Under the pieces are notes generated by a model that saw only the letters and a program-made list of their open reading frames with translations, ran no database searches and was not told the origin of the DNA. 64,000 bases of DNA, taken from assembly GCA_964527235.1 (NCBI GenBank), contig CAZGNC010000002.1, forward strand, positions 82,381 through 146,380, in the 5' to 3' direction. Position numbers and translations under genes: made by a program. The DNA is from an uncultured Candidatus Saccharibacteria bacterium. Lineage in GTDB: Bacteria; Patescibacteriota; Minisyncoccia; Phycocordibacterales; UBA9973. Positions 19,841 to 28,589 of this stretch are shown here, piece after piece. Position 1 is the stretch's first letter. Every line of letters starts with the position of its first letter.

Positions 19841-21211
19841 TTATTTTAAACCTGAGCATGTGCCACTTGTGTAGCCAGCTTCATTACTAGCTCTACTAAA
19901 ATGCATAGCGTCCTTCTTGGTTTTCCAATAACCACCCCAACCAAATCCTCTGCTTGTAAAAAGTTGCACAAATGCTAGCGGCATATCTGTTGTACATGGA
20001 GATGAAGAGTTTACATAAGGATTGGCGCTAGGGTTTATGTCTATAGCTAAGCCGAAAGCGTGGGCTGAAGGGGTTGTGCTTGTTCCTGTGGCACTTCTTG
20101 GATTAAAGCCACCCACTGAATTTATTCGATAATTTCTAATTGCAGGGTTTGTGCTGTTTTTCCATGCCGTATCTATTATTTGAAGATCCGCCACAATTGA
20201 TTTGTGAACAGTAACACCCTTCCCTAAAAAAACGATATTTACTAAGTTTGCGCTGTCACAAGATACAATTCCTTGTCTGTTTGTCTTTCCACAAATAACA
20301 CCCGGGTCTCCGTCTATTTCAGGGCCTTCGACAAACTGTATTGTTGTTGGATCTATGTCTAAAACAGTGTTAAGTATTTTGGGATTAATTGTATACAGAA
20401 TAATCCAAGCCCCCATTGCTATGAGAAGTCCAACGACCGCGTCTGTAATCCTTTTCTTTCCCTCTCCTTTCGCCCCAGGAAGTTCACTGGTAATGTATTC
20501 TAGGCCACCCATTATTATCATCAAAACTGCGAGCACTGCCGAAATGCCTATGACTAACTTTATTATTACATTTAGATAATTACCCAGTGCATTCGGTGAT
20601 GCTGTATCTATTGGTTCTGTTAGGTTTGGTAATGGTGCAAGAGGTTTGTAGATGGTGGTAGAAGTGGTGGTGTTTGTGGTTGTTGTGGGTGTACCTAATG
20701 GTGTTGTGTTGCCCAACCAGTTCCAATTATTGCCTAGCATATCGCAGGTACCTTCACAGTCATAACCTAGCTCATTCTTACCTTCAGAAGAGTAGTCTGC
20801 ACCGCCGTCACTAATGTTTGTTATACTGACATAGTATTCGCACTCAGGAAGCCTTCCTGAAATTCTGGTCTCACATTCTGATTCACCAGTTTTGTAATTT
20901 AATGAAAAGTTGTCGGAGGTTGTAGATATTTTCCTATTTTCTATTTCTGTCACATCATCATCTGGCCCCAAATAGTCTTTTTCTGTAATACTTATTTCTA
21001 AAGATTTTCCAATACAATTTTTTGTAGAAACGTCGATTCTTATTTGTGGAGGGTTGTTGCCCTTGTACCAAGAAGTTGCTTGGGTGCCAGAGGGGTTGAA
21101 TTTAGTTGATTGTATCGTGCATTTTTCAGCTGCCTGTGCCGAAAAGTTCAATCCAATTACAAAAACTATCACTGAAACAAATATTAGTATGTAGTTTGAA
21201 ATTTTACTCAT
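19841..21211 (-). CDS. Fusion protein: signal peptide, Cys-rich extracellular domain, TrbC/VirB2 pilin-like two-helix hydrophobic module, and a C-terminal M15 (LAS-family) zinc peptidase
   Basis: The pilin-like core ...KLVIGISAVLAVLMIIMGGLEYITS...AVVGLLIAMGAWIILY resembles the TrbC/VirB2 motif (AVLMIIWGGxxY). The C-terminus has SAHAFGLAIDIN and ...DAMHF, matching the Zn-ligand pattern of VanY/L-Ala-D-Glu peptidases. Confidence 0.6.
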   Translation of the reverse strand: MSKISNYILIFVSVIVFVIGLNFSAQAAEKCTIQSTKFNPSGTQATSWYKGNNPPQIRIDVSTKNCIGKSLEISITEKDYLGPDDDVTEIENRKISTTSDNFSLNYKTGESECETRISGRLPECEYYVSITNISDGGADYSSEGKNELGYDCEGTCDMLGNNWNWLGNTTPLGTPTTTTNTTTSTTIYKPLAPLPNLTEPIDTASPNALGNYLNVIIKLVIGISAVLAVLMIIMGGLEYITSELPGAKGEGKKRITDAVVGLLIAMGAWIILYTINPKILNTVLDIDPTTIQFVEGPEIDGDPGVICGKTNRQGIVSCDSANLVNIVFLGKGVTVHKSIVADLQIIDTAWKNSTNPAIRNYRINSVGGFNPRSATGTSTTPSAHAFGLAIDINPSANPYVNSSSPCTTDMPLAFVQLFTSRGFGWGGYWKTKKDAMHFSRASNEAGYTSGTCSGLK

Positions 21212-22194
21212 TAAAATTGTATGCTTATTTCTTTCTTTGCAGTCTGGAATATTTTGTAACTGTTCTCAATTTCAAGTTTTAAGGTTGATATTCCAGAAGA
21301 GTCGCCTGCAACCTGAAGAGGGATCATGTTGCTTTTTGAGTTTTTATTTTCAACTAAAATTCCATTTATGTACCAATTCCAAATTAATTCAGGTCTACCT
21401 ATTTCTTTTGGTGAAATAAAATACGGGATAGCAGCTAGTGTCTCCTCACCCTGTATTTGATATTGATTAGACAGTGCTTGGTCTAATAACACTCCCATAG
21501 ATGTATCATTTTTATAAAACACAATTTCCGGGTTTGTGGGGGTTATGTTTATTTGGCCTTCTGCTTGGCTTTTCTGGTCCCCTGTTGTCGCGATTGCTGA
21601 TATGCTATTAGAACTATCAAGAAAGCTTCCTGAATATATGAAGAAGTTTTTTCCATAACCAGATTCATTGGGTTGATTGTTTAGGTCTTTCTTCCAGACA
21701 TAGTTCATGTTTTTAGGGTTTACAGAAGTATTCGCTGAGGTCTTTATTTCAGGCATGGCTACTACTTTTATTTTACTATCTGATACAGGTAAAGCTTTCC
21801 CTTTATAAAAAGGAGGAACATATGAATCACTAGCTTGCCAAAGCAGGATCATGGACGAGGGTTTCAACACAACCGTTTTCTCTATTTGGCCATCAGGGAG
21901 AAGAATTCTCGCTCGGACGGTGGTCGTCGTTCCCGAGTCGCCGATAGTTAAAGATAGAGATTTTTTGCCCACACCCGATAGTGCGCTTTTATCATTTATA
22001 AACCAATTGATTTGTACGCTATCTAGGTTGGCAGCATAGCTTCGAAGAGAAATATTTACGTTGGAGTTTGGGCTAGGGTTTTGTGGTGAAACATCAACCA
22101 GGATGCTGCTTGGAGATACGGCTAGGACTGGGTCGGCAAAGCCTACACCCAGTACTAGTACTAAACATACCAATAAATATTTTAAACCCATCAT
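21211..22194 (-). CDS. Secreted hypothetical protein (signal peptide, beta-rich or Ig-like)
   Basis: N-terminal MMGLKYLLVCLVLVLGVGFADPVLA signal peptide; 327 aa. Confidence 0.6.
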   Translation of the reverse strand: MMGLKYLLVCLVLVLGVGFADPVLAVSPSSILVDVSPQNPSPNSNVNISLRSYAANLDSVQINWFINDKSALSGVGKKSLSLTIGDSGTTTTVRARILLPDGQIEKTVVLKPSSMILLWQASDSYVPPFYKGKALPVSDSKIKVVAMPEIKTSANTSVNPKNMNYVWKKDLNNQPNESGYGKNFFIYSGSFLDSSNSISAIATTGDQKSQAEGQINITPTNPEIVFYKNDTSMGVLLDQALSNQYQIQGEETLAAIPYFISPKEIGRPELIWNWYINGILVENKNSKSNMIPLQVAGDSSGISTLKLEIENSYKIFQTAKKEISIQF

Positions 22195-22212
22195 AATAAT
22201 AAAATTATTATA

Positions 22213-24054
22213 TCATTTATAAGGATTTCCCGCTGTCTCTAATTCCATTTTTGCCTTTTTTATTGAAAGGATCTGTGATGGGTCAGATGTGATTATCTGG
22301 TCTTCGGTGTAAGAAGCCACTATTTTTATAGCTACGTGTTTTAGTCCAGCAAAGAATATACCCTCTCCTACTCCTGATTCAAGCAATAAGTACTTTTCCT
22401 CGTCCGTTAGGCTAAATGTCTTTTGAAGTACGTCTATTGTAGTTGGTGACTGCTTTAGTAGTATTTGGATAGAAGAGTTGGTTATTATCGGTATTCCATA
22501 AGGAGAATTCATAAAGTCGCCTGCGTCCTGGGTTATGGTTGCAAGGCCTAGATAATACTTTCTTCCACGTTTAGCAATAGAGTATAGGAAAGAAGCAGTG
22601 TCTTCAGATTTCATCATCCACCAAGCTTCGTCGACTACTAACAATCGCTTTTTAAGGTTTTTTCGGACAGCGTTCCATATGTAGTGCATAACGATATACA
22701 TAGCTACTGGCTTCAGGTCGTCTTCCATGTCGCGCACAGAGAACACCACAAATTTCTTGTTGATATCTACGTTCGAAGGACGGTTTATGAAAGTAGCCCA
22801 AGTTCCCTTGGTGTACTTGGTTAGTCTTTGCATTAAGCTTTCACTTCCCTGCATGCCACCGAGCACCATCTCGAAATCAGACAATAGTGGTGGCTCGATA
22901 TTTGAGAAGTCAGACTGTGTAGTGATATCTTTCAATGCGTAGGTCTCTGATATGGCGCGATCTATTAATGAATCTTCTTCTGGGGTAAGTCCTCCTAGCA
23001 TTAAGCGAAACAAACCAACCAAGTTAATTATGTTTGACCTCAATACGTCTTCTGCGGTTTCGTCTTCTCTGGGAACTGGTAGATCGAAAGGATTAATATG
23101 GTGATCAGAAGATAAAGAGATATTGAAATATCTACCACCAACTGCTTCAGCTAGATATTCATATTCTCTTTCTGGATCGATGACTATAACATCAATGTCG
23201 AACATTAAGGATCTTAGAATTTCGAGTTTAGTAGCATAGGATTTTCCAGAGCCAGCCTTAGCAAATGTAACAGAGTTATAGTTCTCAAGAGAAAATCTAT
23301 CGAAGATAACGAGGCTAGAGTTGTGGCGGTTTATGCCATATAGTATTCCCTTGTCTGAAGTAAGGTCGAAGGAAATGAATGGGAAAATACTAGAAAGTGG
23401 GTCAGAGTTTAGCTTCTGGTGTACTTCTAGTAGGTCTGTGCCTAGTGGGATAACGCTCTTGAAGCCCTCTTCTTGTTGGAATAATGCAGGTTTTATATAG
23501 ATCAATTTGGATTCAAGCATTGATTTGACCTCATTTTCAACCCTAAACAGATCAGCTTCGTTGTCACCATAGATGGTTATGTAAACTCCAACATCAAACA
23601 TCTTTTCTTGTGCTTGGATTAAGTTGTCACGAAGTTCTTCGAGGTCTTGGTGAGCAGTGTCGAGCATTGGGTCACGCACCATTCCCTTTGCTTCTCGTAT
23701 TCCTATCTGGCTTTGCACCTCGGCAACTTTTTTCTGGAATTGTCTTAATACTACAGAAGTATCAATCGGGTGAACGAAAATAGAAACATCAAAAATTTTA
23801 TCCAAGTTTATTATTGGCGAGAACCAATTATCAGATAAATATCTAGGATAAGAAATTATAAAGAAAGTGCGAGCTATTTTATCACCCAAGTTTAGGCCCT
23901 TAGATTCTACTTTGAGTGCTGAAGGGGCGATAACGTCAGCAAGTTCTAGCGTCGCTGACTTGTAAATTTCTTCTGGTAGGACAGACAAAACAGAGCTTTT
24001 CATTTGCCCTACTTCGTCACTTTTTCTTCCCAATAATTTATCAAAAATTCCCAT
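22213..24054 (-). CDS. VirB4/TrbE/CagE-family type IV secretion ATPase, C-terminal ATPase part
   Basis: Walker A FAKAGSGKSYATK and Walker B LLVVDEAWWMM. The most likely start is MGIFDKLL at 24054; the longer ORF extends to 24144, overlapping the upstream gene. Confidence 0.85.
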   Translation of the reverse strand: MGIFDKLLGRKSDEVGQMKSSVLSVLPEEIYKSATLELADVIAPSALKVESKGLNLGDKIARTFFIISYPRYLSDNWFSPIINLDKIFDVSIFVHPIDTSVVLRQFQKKVAEVQSQIGIREAKGMVRDPMLDTAHQDLEELRDNLIQAQEKMFDVGVYITIYGDNEADLFRVENEVKSMLESKLIYIKPALFQQEEGFKSVIPLGTDLLEVHQKLNSDPLSSIFPFISFDLTSDKGILYGINRHNSSLVIFDRFSLENYNSVTFAKAGSGKSYATKLEILRSLMFDIDVIVIDPEREYEYLAEAVGGRYFNISLSSDHHINPFDLPVPREDETAEDVLRSNIINLVGLFRLMLGGLTPEEDSLIDRAISETYALKDITTQSDFSNIEPPLLSDFEMVLGGMQGSESLMQRLTKYTKGTWATFINRPSNVDINKKFVVFSVRDMEDDLKPVAMYIVMHYIWNAVRKNLKKRLLVVDEAWWMMKSEDTASFLYSIAKRGRKYYLGLATITQDAGDFMNSPYGIPIITNSSIQILLKQSPTTIDVLQKTFSLTDEEKYLLLESGVGEGIFFAGLKHVAIKIVASYTEDQIITSDPSQILSIKKAKMELETAGNPYK

Positions 24055-24061
24055 ATATTTA

Positions 24062-24709
24062 TTATAGTTGTGTGCCAACTTGAATCTTACCTTCTTGCTC
24101 TCCGGGATTGAAAACTTTATAAAAAATTTCAACGACTTCTTCACTACCTAGCTGGATTGATTTAATGCCACAGCGAGCAAGCCCTTGCTGAACTACGTTC
24201 ACTCTTTGTTCAAGCTGGGAGCGTTGTTCTTCGAAATCCATCTGACGGCTAGCATTTATCTCAGACTCTTCCCTCTTTTTAAATATTCCCATCAATGCAT
24301 TTGATTCTGATTTTAGACTCACACGAGAATAAGGCACTACCACGAAGAAAGTTTTAGTCATTATGCTTACAGAATCTGTGAATTTCCTTATAAATTCTAT
24401 GTATTCCTTGGTTTGAAGTTTAAGTAGCGGTTCGTTGAGCACTTTCATTCTGTCTTCTAGAGTTAGAAGATAAGGTCGAATATCTAGTCTTCTAGACTGA
24501 ATTGAAATTTGAGCAGAGAAATCCAGGGTGTTTAGAAAGCTTTGGAACTGTAGAATTATGGCTTTCTGCTCGTCGTTGGATTTGAGCGATAAGTTGGTAG
24601 AGTTGGCTAGCACAACAGCACGAAGACCTCCGTCTTTTAGGATTATGATTCCATCACGGACTTCTTGTATTGGTACGAAATCTTGGGCTGCTTTTGCCTT
24701 TATTGCCAT
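24062..24709 (-). CDS. VirB4 N-terminal domain encoded as a separate 215-aa ORF
   Basis: ...QDFVPIQEVRDGIIILKDGGLRAVVLANSTNLSLKSNDEQKAIILQFQSFLNTL...SIQSRRLDIRPYL matches the conserved N-terminal region of VirB4/TraC/TrsE proteins. Its TAA stop is 7 nt upstream of the ATPase ORF start, in a different frame. Confidence 0.6.
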   Translation of the reverse strand: MAIKAKAAQDFVPIQEVRDGIIILKDGGLRAVVLANSTNLSLKSNDEQKAIILQFQSFLNTLDFSAQISIQSRRLDIRPYLLTLEDRMKVLNEPLLKLQTKEYIEFIRKFTDSVSIMTKTFFVVVPYSRVSLKSESNALMGIFKKREESEINASRQMDFEEQRSQLEQRVNVVQQGLARCGIKSIQLGSEEVVEIFYKVFNPGEQEGKIQVGTQL

Positions 24710-24737
24710 TGAAATTTTATTTTTACAAACCTAATAA

Positions 24738-25157
24738 CTAATTTCTTTCTTTGTTTAAATCCAAAACGTCTAAACTCCAAGCCAAATCACGCAACTTCCC
24801 ACTACTCATTTTGATTTCGGGTGCGGTAGTTGGTTTTTGGTTGGCGAATGCTTGTGCTCTTTGCTGATCATATGTTTTCGGCTCCTTCTTCCATATATAC
24901 AGTTTACTCTGCATGAAGTATTTTATACTAGCTTCTAGCATGTCTACGAATGGTTTATTGTTGGGCCTGTAGAAAGTTAGCGCCACAGTAAGTGCTATGA
25001 GGATAACCAACGGAATAAATCCCCAGAAAAGACCCAGCAGTCGATACACAACAAAACACATCCCTCCCCCTCCTGCCAGGTATATGAACTGTCTGAAAGT
25101 GAAAGGGCCAAAAATTTTATCTTCTATTTCTAAAAATTGTGGTACTTTAAACTGCAT
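24738..25157 (-). CDS. VirB3/PrgI-like small two-TM T4SS protein
   Basis: 139 aa. FLEIEDKIFGPFTFRQFIYLAGGG followed by two TM helices, the PrgI/VirB3-type pattern that normally precedes VirB4. Confidence 0.5.
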   Translation of the reverse strand: MQFKVPQFLEIEDKIFGPFTFRQFIYLAGGGGMCFVVYRLLGLFWGFIPLVILIALTVALTFYRPNNKPFVDMLEASIKYFMQSKLYIWKKEPKTYDQQRAQAFANQKPTTAPEIKMSSGKLRDLAWSLDVLDLNKERN

Positions 25158-25160
25158 ATC

Positions 25161-26309
25161 TTATTCTATCACTTCTCGGTACGGATCGGTACCAGACTTA
25201 GGGTCTTTATTTAGAGCTGGTGCCGGAGTTGCAACTTTTGAAATGTTTTTCATCGCATAGTCAGTTTGAGTTTTAGGGATTTGGAAAGTTCCGGCGAATT
25301 TTTGCGCTTCGATAGACTTAGGAGGAGTTGGCCCACCAGAAGCAAGATGCCATTCTTGTTTGAGCATCTCTTCTCTGTCTATGTTGTTGGCTGGGTTTGG
25401 AGCAGCAGGCTGCTGTGCGACTCTAGGAGGAGGTGTTGGGATTGGAGCATTAGGCATAATAGGAGATGGTCTTGGGATTGGGACCACGTTATGGGCATTT
25501 GGGGCATTCTTTACATCAGGCATAAGCTCTATGCCTGCCTTTTTCAACGTTTGCATGTCGTCTTTTAGGGTGTGCACAGTTGAGGCAGGGTCTGGGATAA
25601 CTGTTTTGGCTGGTGCTGCTGTCGGTGCTGATGCTGGGGTTTTGTTTTCACTACTTGCGTTCATCATGTTTTCTCTGATTTTCTTTATTATCTTTTCATT
25701 TACATCAGTTACTAACTTTGGAATTAGTTCAGTTGGGATTTTAAGCTTGTCTTTTAGCGCTTGTTCGAATTGAGTAGGTTGAATTACTCCAGTTATAACA
25801 TCAACAGTTACTACTTCTAGAATGCCTGTCTGCTCTACGTTTAGCTTGTTGTCTTTAGATATAGTGTAAATTATGTTTTGGTAATCTAGCTTGGAGATAG
25901 CATCTTGGACATTTTTTGCCAAGTTAGCAAAGCGTTCATCTAGTCCTTGTGTTTCGAGTTCTGGTTCTGGATTCTGAGAGTTTGCCTTAAATGTATTATT
26001 TAGCTCTGTTTTTATTGGGTTTATTACTAGGCTATTTATCTCTTCAAGCATGTTGCCGAATGCGTCTTTCGCCAATAGAGATATTTCTTTTTTAAGATTT
26101 GACTCGAATTCTTCTGTGGAAATTATGCCCAGTAATACTAAAGTGGCCTCAGTCCCAAGAGTTTGTATTTGAGCCTCAGTTAGGTTGTATTTAATACTTA
26201 TCCTCTTCAATGTTTCTAACCAGCTCATGCTTGCAAACATTGATTGAACTGTTGGTGGCAACTTTGCGTAAAAAATAGCTATATTTTGTTTTAATTCTTC
26301 AGGATTCAT
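25161..26309 (-). CDS. Hypothetical protein with Pro/Ala-rich C-terminal half
   Basis: 382 aa, no TM, proline-rich low-complexity tail. Co-oriented with the T4SS genes. Confidence 0.55.
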   Translation of the reverse strand: MNPEELKQNIAIFYAKLPPTVQSMFASMSWLETLKRISIKYNLTEAQIQTLGTEATLVLLGIISTEEFESNLKKEISLLAKDAFGNMLEEINSLVINPIKTELNNTFKANSQNPEPELETQGLDERFANLAKNVQDAISKLDYQNIIYTISKDNKLNVEQTGILEVVTVDVITGVIQPTQFEQALKDKLKIPTELIPKLVTDVNEKIIKKIRENMMNASSENKTPASAPTAAPAKTVIPDPASTVHTLKDDMQTLKKAGIELMPDVKNAPNAHNVVPIPRPSPIMPNAPIPTPPPRVAQQPAAPNPANNIDREEMLKQEWHLASGGPTPPKSIEAQKFAGTFQIPKTQTDYAMKNISKVATPAPALNKDPKSGTDPYREVIE

Positions 26310-26325
26310 TGTTTTAAATTATTTT

Positions 26326-28575
26326 TTAATGATGTCCTCCCCCACCTCCGTGTGATTCTTTCTTCTCATCTCCTACGTGAGATAGGTCAACGTTTATTTT
26401 TACATTTTTGAGTGCATCAGATATTGTGGTGCCCAAGTCTTTAAAGAATGCCCCCTGTCCCTTACCATAATCTACCCCCATTTGCTTGAATCCTCCACGC
26501 ATACTCAAACCAATAGCCCCAACTATCCCTGCAGTTAGTTTAGAAAACATTGTTCCTTGCTCCTTGGCTACAACTTCAGCTACGTTGCGTAAATCATATG
26601 TCCCTGTTACACCTGATTGCACGACACTACTTATAATTCCTTGCTTAGGCCGAGCCTCAACAATTGTATGTAAGTCGTCCCATGTTTGTTGTGTAGCAAG
26701 AAGTCCTCCAGCAACGGGACCATGGGCGCCTGACCCTATTGCATTATTGATGATATCTCTTTCTTGTTGTGTTAATGAATCCCATTTCCTCCCTTGTAGT
26801 GCTATGCCGAGTGGGTTAGCAGCAGCATTGTTGCCTGAGTTTTCTCGTACAGCTCTGTCCCTAGCCATTTTTTCTCTAGCTTCATATCTTTCTTGTCCAT
26901 TTAGTTCATCCCATTTTTTCTTTGAACCATGCGTAATAGTATTCGCAATTGAATCTAGTTCATGTCGGGCATGGGCTGCGTGCCGTACTCCTACTTGGTC
27001 AGTATTAAGTAGATTACCAAGCGTTCTTTGTGCCCCAGCAATTCCCGTGCCTTGTTGCATTAGTCCTACTAACTGATCTTTTCTTGAGCTAAATATCTCT
27101 GATCTTGCCTTAAATCTCTCAACTATATTGGAATTTGGGTTATTCAATATTGCTCTATTGGCCACTATCCTGTTTGTGTTTTGCTGAATTCTATTAGCTG
27201 CAGTATCCCCCGTAGAAGCTCCTTTCATAAAGGCTCCTACTGTATTTCTTCCCACAAATGCTGTGCCTAGTGCTGCGCCTCCTATGCCCACAACTCCTGC
27301 AGTCTTAAGCCCACTCATCACTATGTCGGTAAACTGTCCTGAAGCTGATTTAGCATATTTAACGCCCTTAAGAAGTAGTATGACAATCAACACCGCAGGC
27401 ATGAAGAGTATTATTAGCTGGGCTATTGCGCCTTTATTGTTGCTGTCAGCGACAGAGGCAAATATTTTCGCATTAAGTATTTCTGATATGACGTACAGGA
27501 TGAACATGAATATTGCCGCCATGAAAGAAGTCTGGAAGAGTTGCCCTATCCAGCTATCGAAGCCTATAGTGTCCTTCCCCCTTAGGCTAGGTACTGCCCT
27601 TGTTACAAAGGCCACTGGCGATACGATCATTAGCATCATCAAGGTTAACATTCTCCCAAGCATACTTATACCAGCCATTAAAAATGCATAAGACAAAGCA
27701 AAAGCAATAATTCCGTATATTACCATCAGAGATATTTTAAAGGTTGTACTTAGCTGAGGTGTTCGCGGATCTTGTTTTAAATTTTCGAAGAATGTCCCAC
27801 TAAAAAATGCATTGACATCAAAGCCAGAAATAAGAGCAGCGCCGAGCTCCTTTTCTCCCTGGTTTGCACTTATTGCATTCTGTACTGGGCGAGAGGTGTT
27901 TATTTTATTGTAGAAGACTAAAGCCGTTATGTTCGATGCATCTATGACTACCTTAGTGAAGAAAAGGCTAAAGTTCACAAGAAGAGCTACCATGATAACT
28001 GTAGCAACTATTTTGTTTGCTTCCCCGTGGCCTAGGTCTAGGATTTTTTGTATTGCAGCGTAAAGCAATATAAGGATAAAGAAAATATTGGCTAGGTCGC
28101 GAACAACTGTCCAGATGCTGGCAACAAAGTCAGCTTTATACATATTACTACTTAGCGTCAGTGCGGCCGTGAAGTCGAACATTTTCGCAAAGACAGCCAT
28201 CAACATCGACGGCAGAGTAACAAAGAAGACGTAAGTTACTTTCTGGATACATCCTTCTAGGCTAAAGTCTAACAAGTTCTCACAGTCATCTAGGTTTTTT
28301 TCAAGTTCTGATTCTTGTTTTGGTGCTGGATTGCTTGAAGAGTATGGAGTCCAGATTGCATTATTTCCATCAGATCCCATTTTGGATTCACAGGCTACCT
28401 TATTCATTTTGTGTACAGTTTGTTTTACATGGCGATTCCCTTGAGCTGTCGTGTATTCACAGGTTCCTAGTAATTCATCTGCTACAGCTTGAGTTGAAGC
28501 CATGGAAAAACCTGCTACCAAGATAGACAGTGCGAATATAAATGGGATTAATTTTTTAATTATTTTCGCTAACAT
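26326..28575 (-). CDS. VirB6-like polytopic membrane protein with hydrophilic C-terminal tail
   Basis: Signal/TM at the N-terminus, about 6-8 TM helices in the middle, and a tail with three degenerate WDxL repeats (KKWDEL, RKWDSL, QTWDDL). The call rests on position in the cluster and topology, not a motif. Confidence 0.45.
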   Translation of the reverse strand: MLAKIIKKLIPFIFALSILVAGFSMASTQAVADELLGTCEYTTAQGNRHVKQTVHKMNKVACESKMGSDGNNAIWTPYSSSNPAPKQESELEKNLDDCENLLDFSLEGCIQKVTYVFFVTLPSMLMAVFAKMFDFTAALTLSSNMYKADFVASIWTVVRDLANIFFILILLYAAIQKILDLGHGEANKIVATVIMVALLVNFSLFFTKVVIDASNITALVFYNKINTSRPVQNAISANQGEKELGAALISGFDVNAFFSGTFFENLKQDPRTPQLSTTFKISLMVIYGIIAFALSYAFLMAGISMLGRMLTLMMLMIVSPVAFVTRAVPSLRGKDTIGFDSWIGQLFQTSFMAAIFMFILYVISEILNAKIFASVADSNNKGAIAQLIILFMPAVLIVILLLKGVKYAKSASGQFTDIVMSGLKTAGVVGIGGAALGTAFVGRNTVGAFMKGASTGDTAANRIQQNTNRIVANRAILNNPNSNIVERFKARSEIFSSRKDQLVGLMQQGTGIAGAQRTLGNLLNTDQVGVRHAAHARHELDSIANTITHGSKKKWDELNGQERYEAREKMARDRAVRENSGNNAAANPLGIALQGRKWDSLTQQERDIINNAIGSGAHGPVAGGLLATQQTWDDLHTIVEARPKQGIISSVVQSGVTGTYDLRNVAEVVAKEQGTMFSKLTAGIVGAIGLSMRGGFKQMGVDYGKGQGAFFKDLGTTISDALKNVKINVDLSHVGDEKKESHGGGGGHH

Positions 28576-28589
28576 TTTTAATAACTTTT

